A stretch of 42,473 nucleotides of DNA from positions 1-42,473 of the forward strand of contig CAVQUB010000029.1 of the NCBI GenBank assembly GCA_963716725.1, written 5' to 3'. Both the position numbers and the translations under genes were made by a program. How positions within the stretch are numbered: the first letter of the stretch is position 1; each line of letters opens with the position of its first letter. The notes beneath the pieces were generated by a model, which searched no databases, was not told the DNA's origin, and saw only the letters and a list, made by a program, of their open reading frames with translations. Shown here one piece after another: positions 42,119-42,473 of this stretch. This stretch comes from an uncultured delta proteobacterium (lineage in GTDB: Bacteria; Myxococcota_A; Polyangia; Polyangiales; Polyangiaceae).

Positions 42119-42473
42119 GTGGCCGTGATTCCTCCGGACTTGGGTCCAATCATTCCGCTGCTCTTGGCCGCGCTGCCGCTGCCGAGCGCGATCTCGCCCG
42201 GCGCTCAGCTGGCGGCGGCCTCCGCGGCCAGCGTGTACGTCGTTGCCGAGCTGCCCGCCGCGTGTCCCGCGGACATGGCGCTCGTGGACGGAGATTCGTG
42301 CGGGGACTCGAGTACCAGTGCGACCGCTTCGTCGACGAGGCCAGCCCGAGCTGCGCCGAGTACGCCCGCAAGCCCGAGTGCCGCTACAACCAGGAGCCGC
42401 GTCGCTTCTGCGTCGATCGCCACGAGTGGCCCAATCGCGTTGGTGAGCGGCCCGCGGTCTTCGTGACCTGGTT
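42119..42473 (+). CDS. 5' part of an exported FGE-sulfatase/SUMF1-family protein (runs off the window; frameshift near 42300)
   Basis: TAAGGA just upstream, hydrophobic leader, CPADMALVDG and, after a frame change, FCVDRHEWPN..GERP.VFVTW. Confidence 0.7.

Overview
GC-rich myxobacterial chromosomal segment; gene content suggests Polyangiaceae/Sorangiineae (inference). The centre is an adventurous-gliding (Glt/Nfs-type) trans-envelope locus on the + strand: gltC, gltD, gltE, gltF, gltG, a TPR lipoprotein and a ~3,770-aa TPR protein (GltI/AgmK-like). A Cys-rich CglC/GltK-like lipoprotein is divergent from gltC, and two tandem GltA/GltB-like outer-membrane beta-barrels lie at the left end. Between them sit ftsY, a membrane-anchored beta-rich protein, a HEAT protein, a HAMP protein and yraN. 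To the right are another OM barrel, an FHA-sigma54 activator, a TPR/PEGA protein, a Pro/Ala-rich bitopic protein, an amidase, a NUDIX hydrolase, dksA, uvrA and a partial FGE/SUMF1-family gene. Many genes, including uvrA, are broken by single-base indels that look like long-read assembly errors, so the supplied ORF track fuses and splits genes. I saw no rRNA, tRNA, CRISPR array or mobile element. The best leads are the rearranged single-locus Glt system with extra components, a G10 tract inside a promoter spacer, a kinase-less membrane/TPR-PEGA/FHA-activator module, NPF repeats in GltG, and a degenerate M48-like domain on the giant TPR protein. All family calls come from motif recognition, not database searches.
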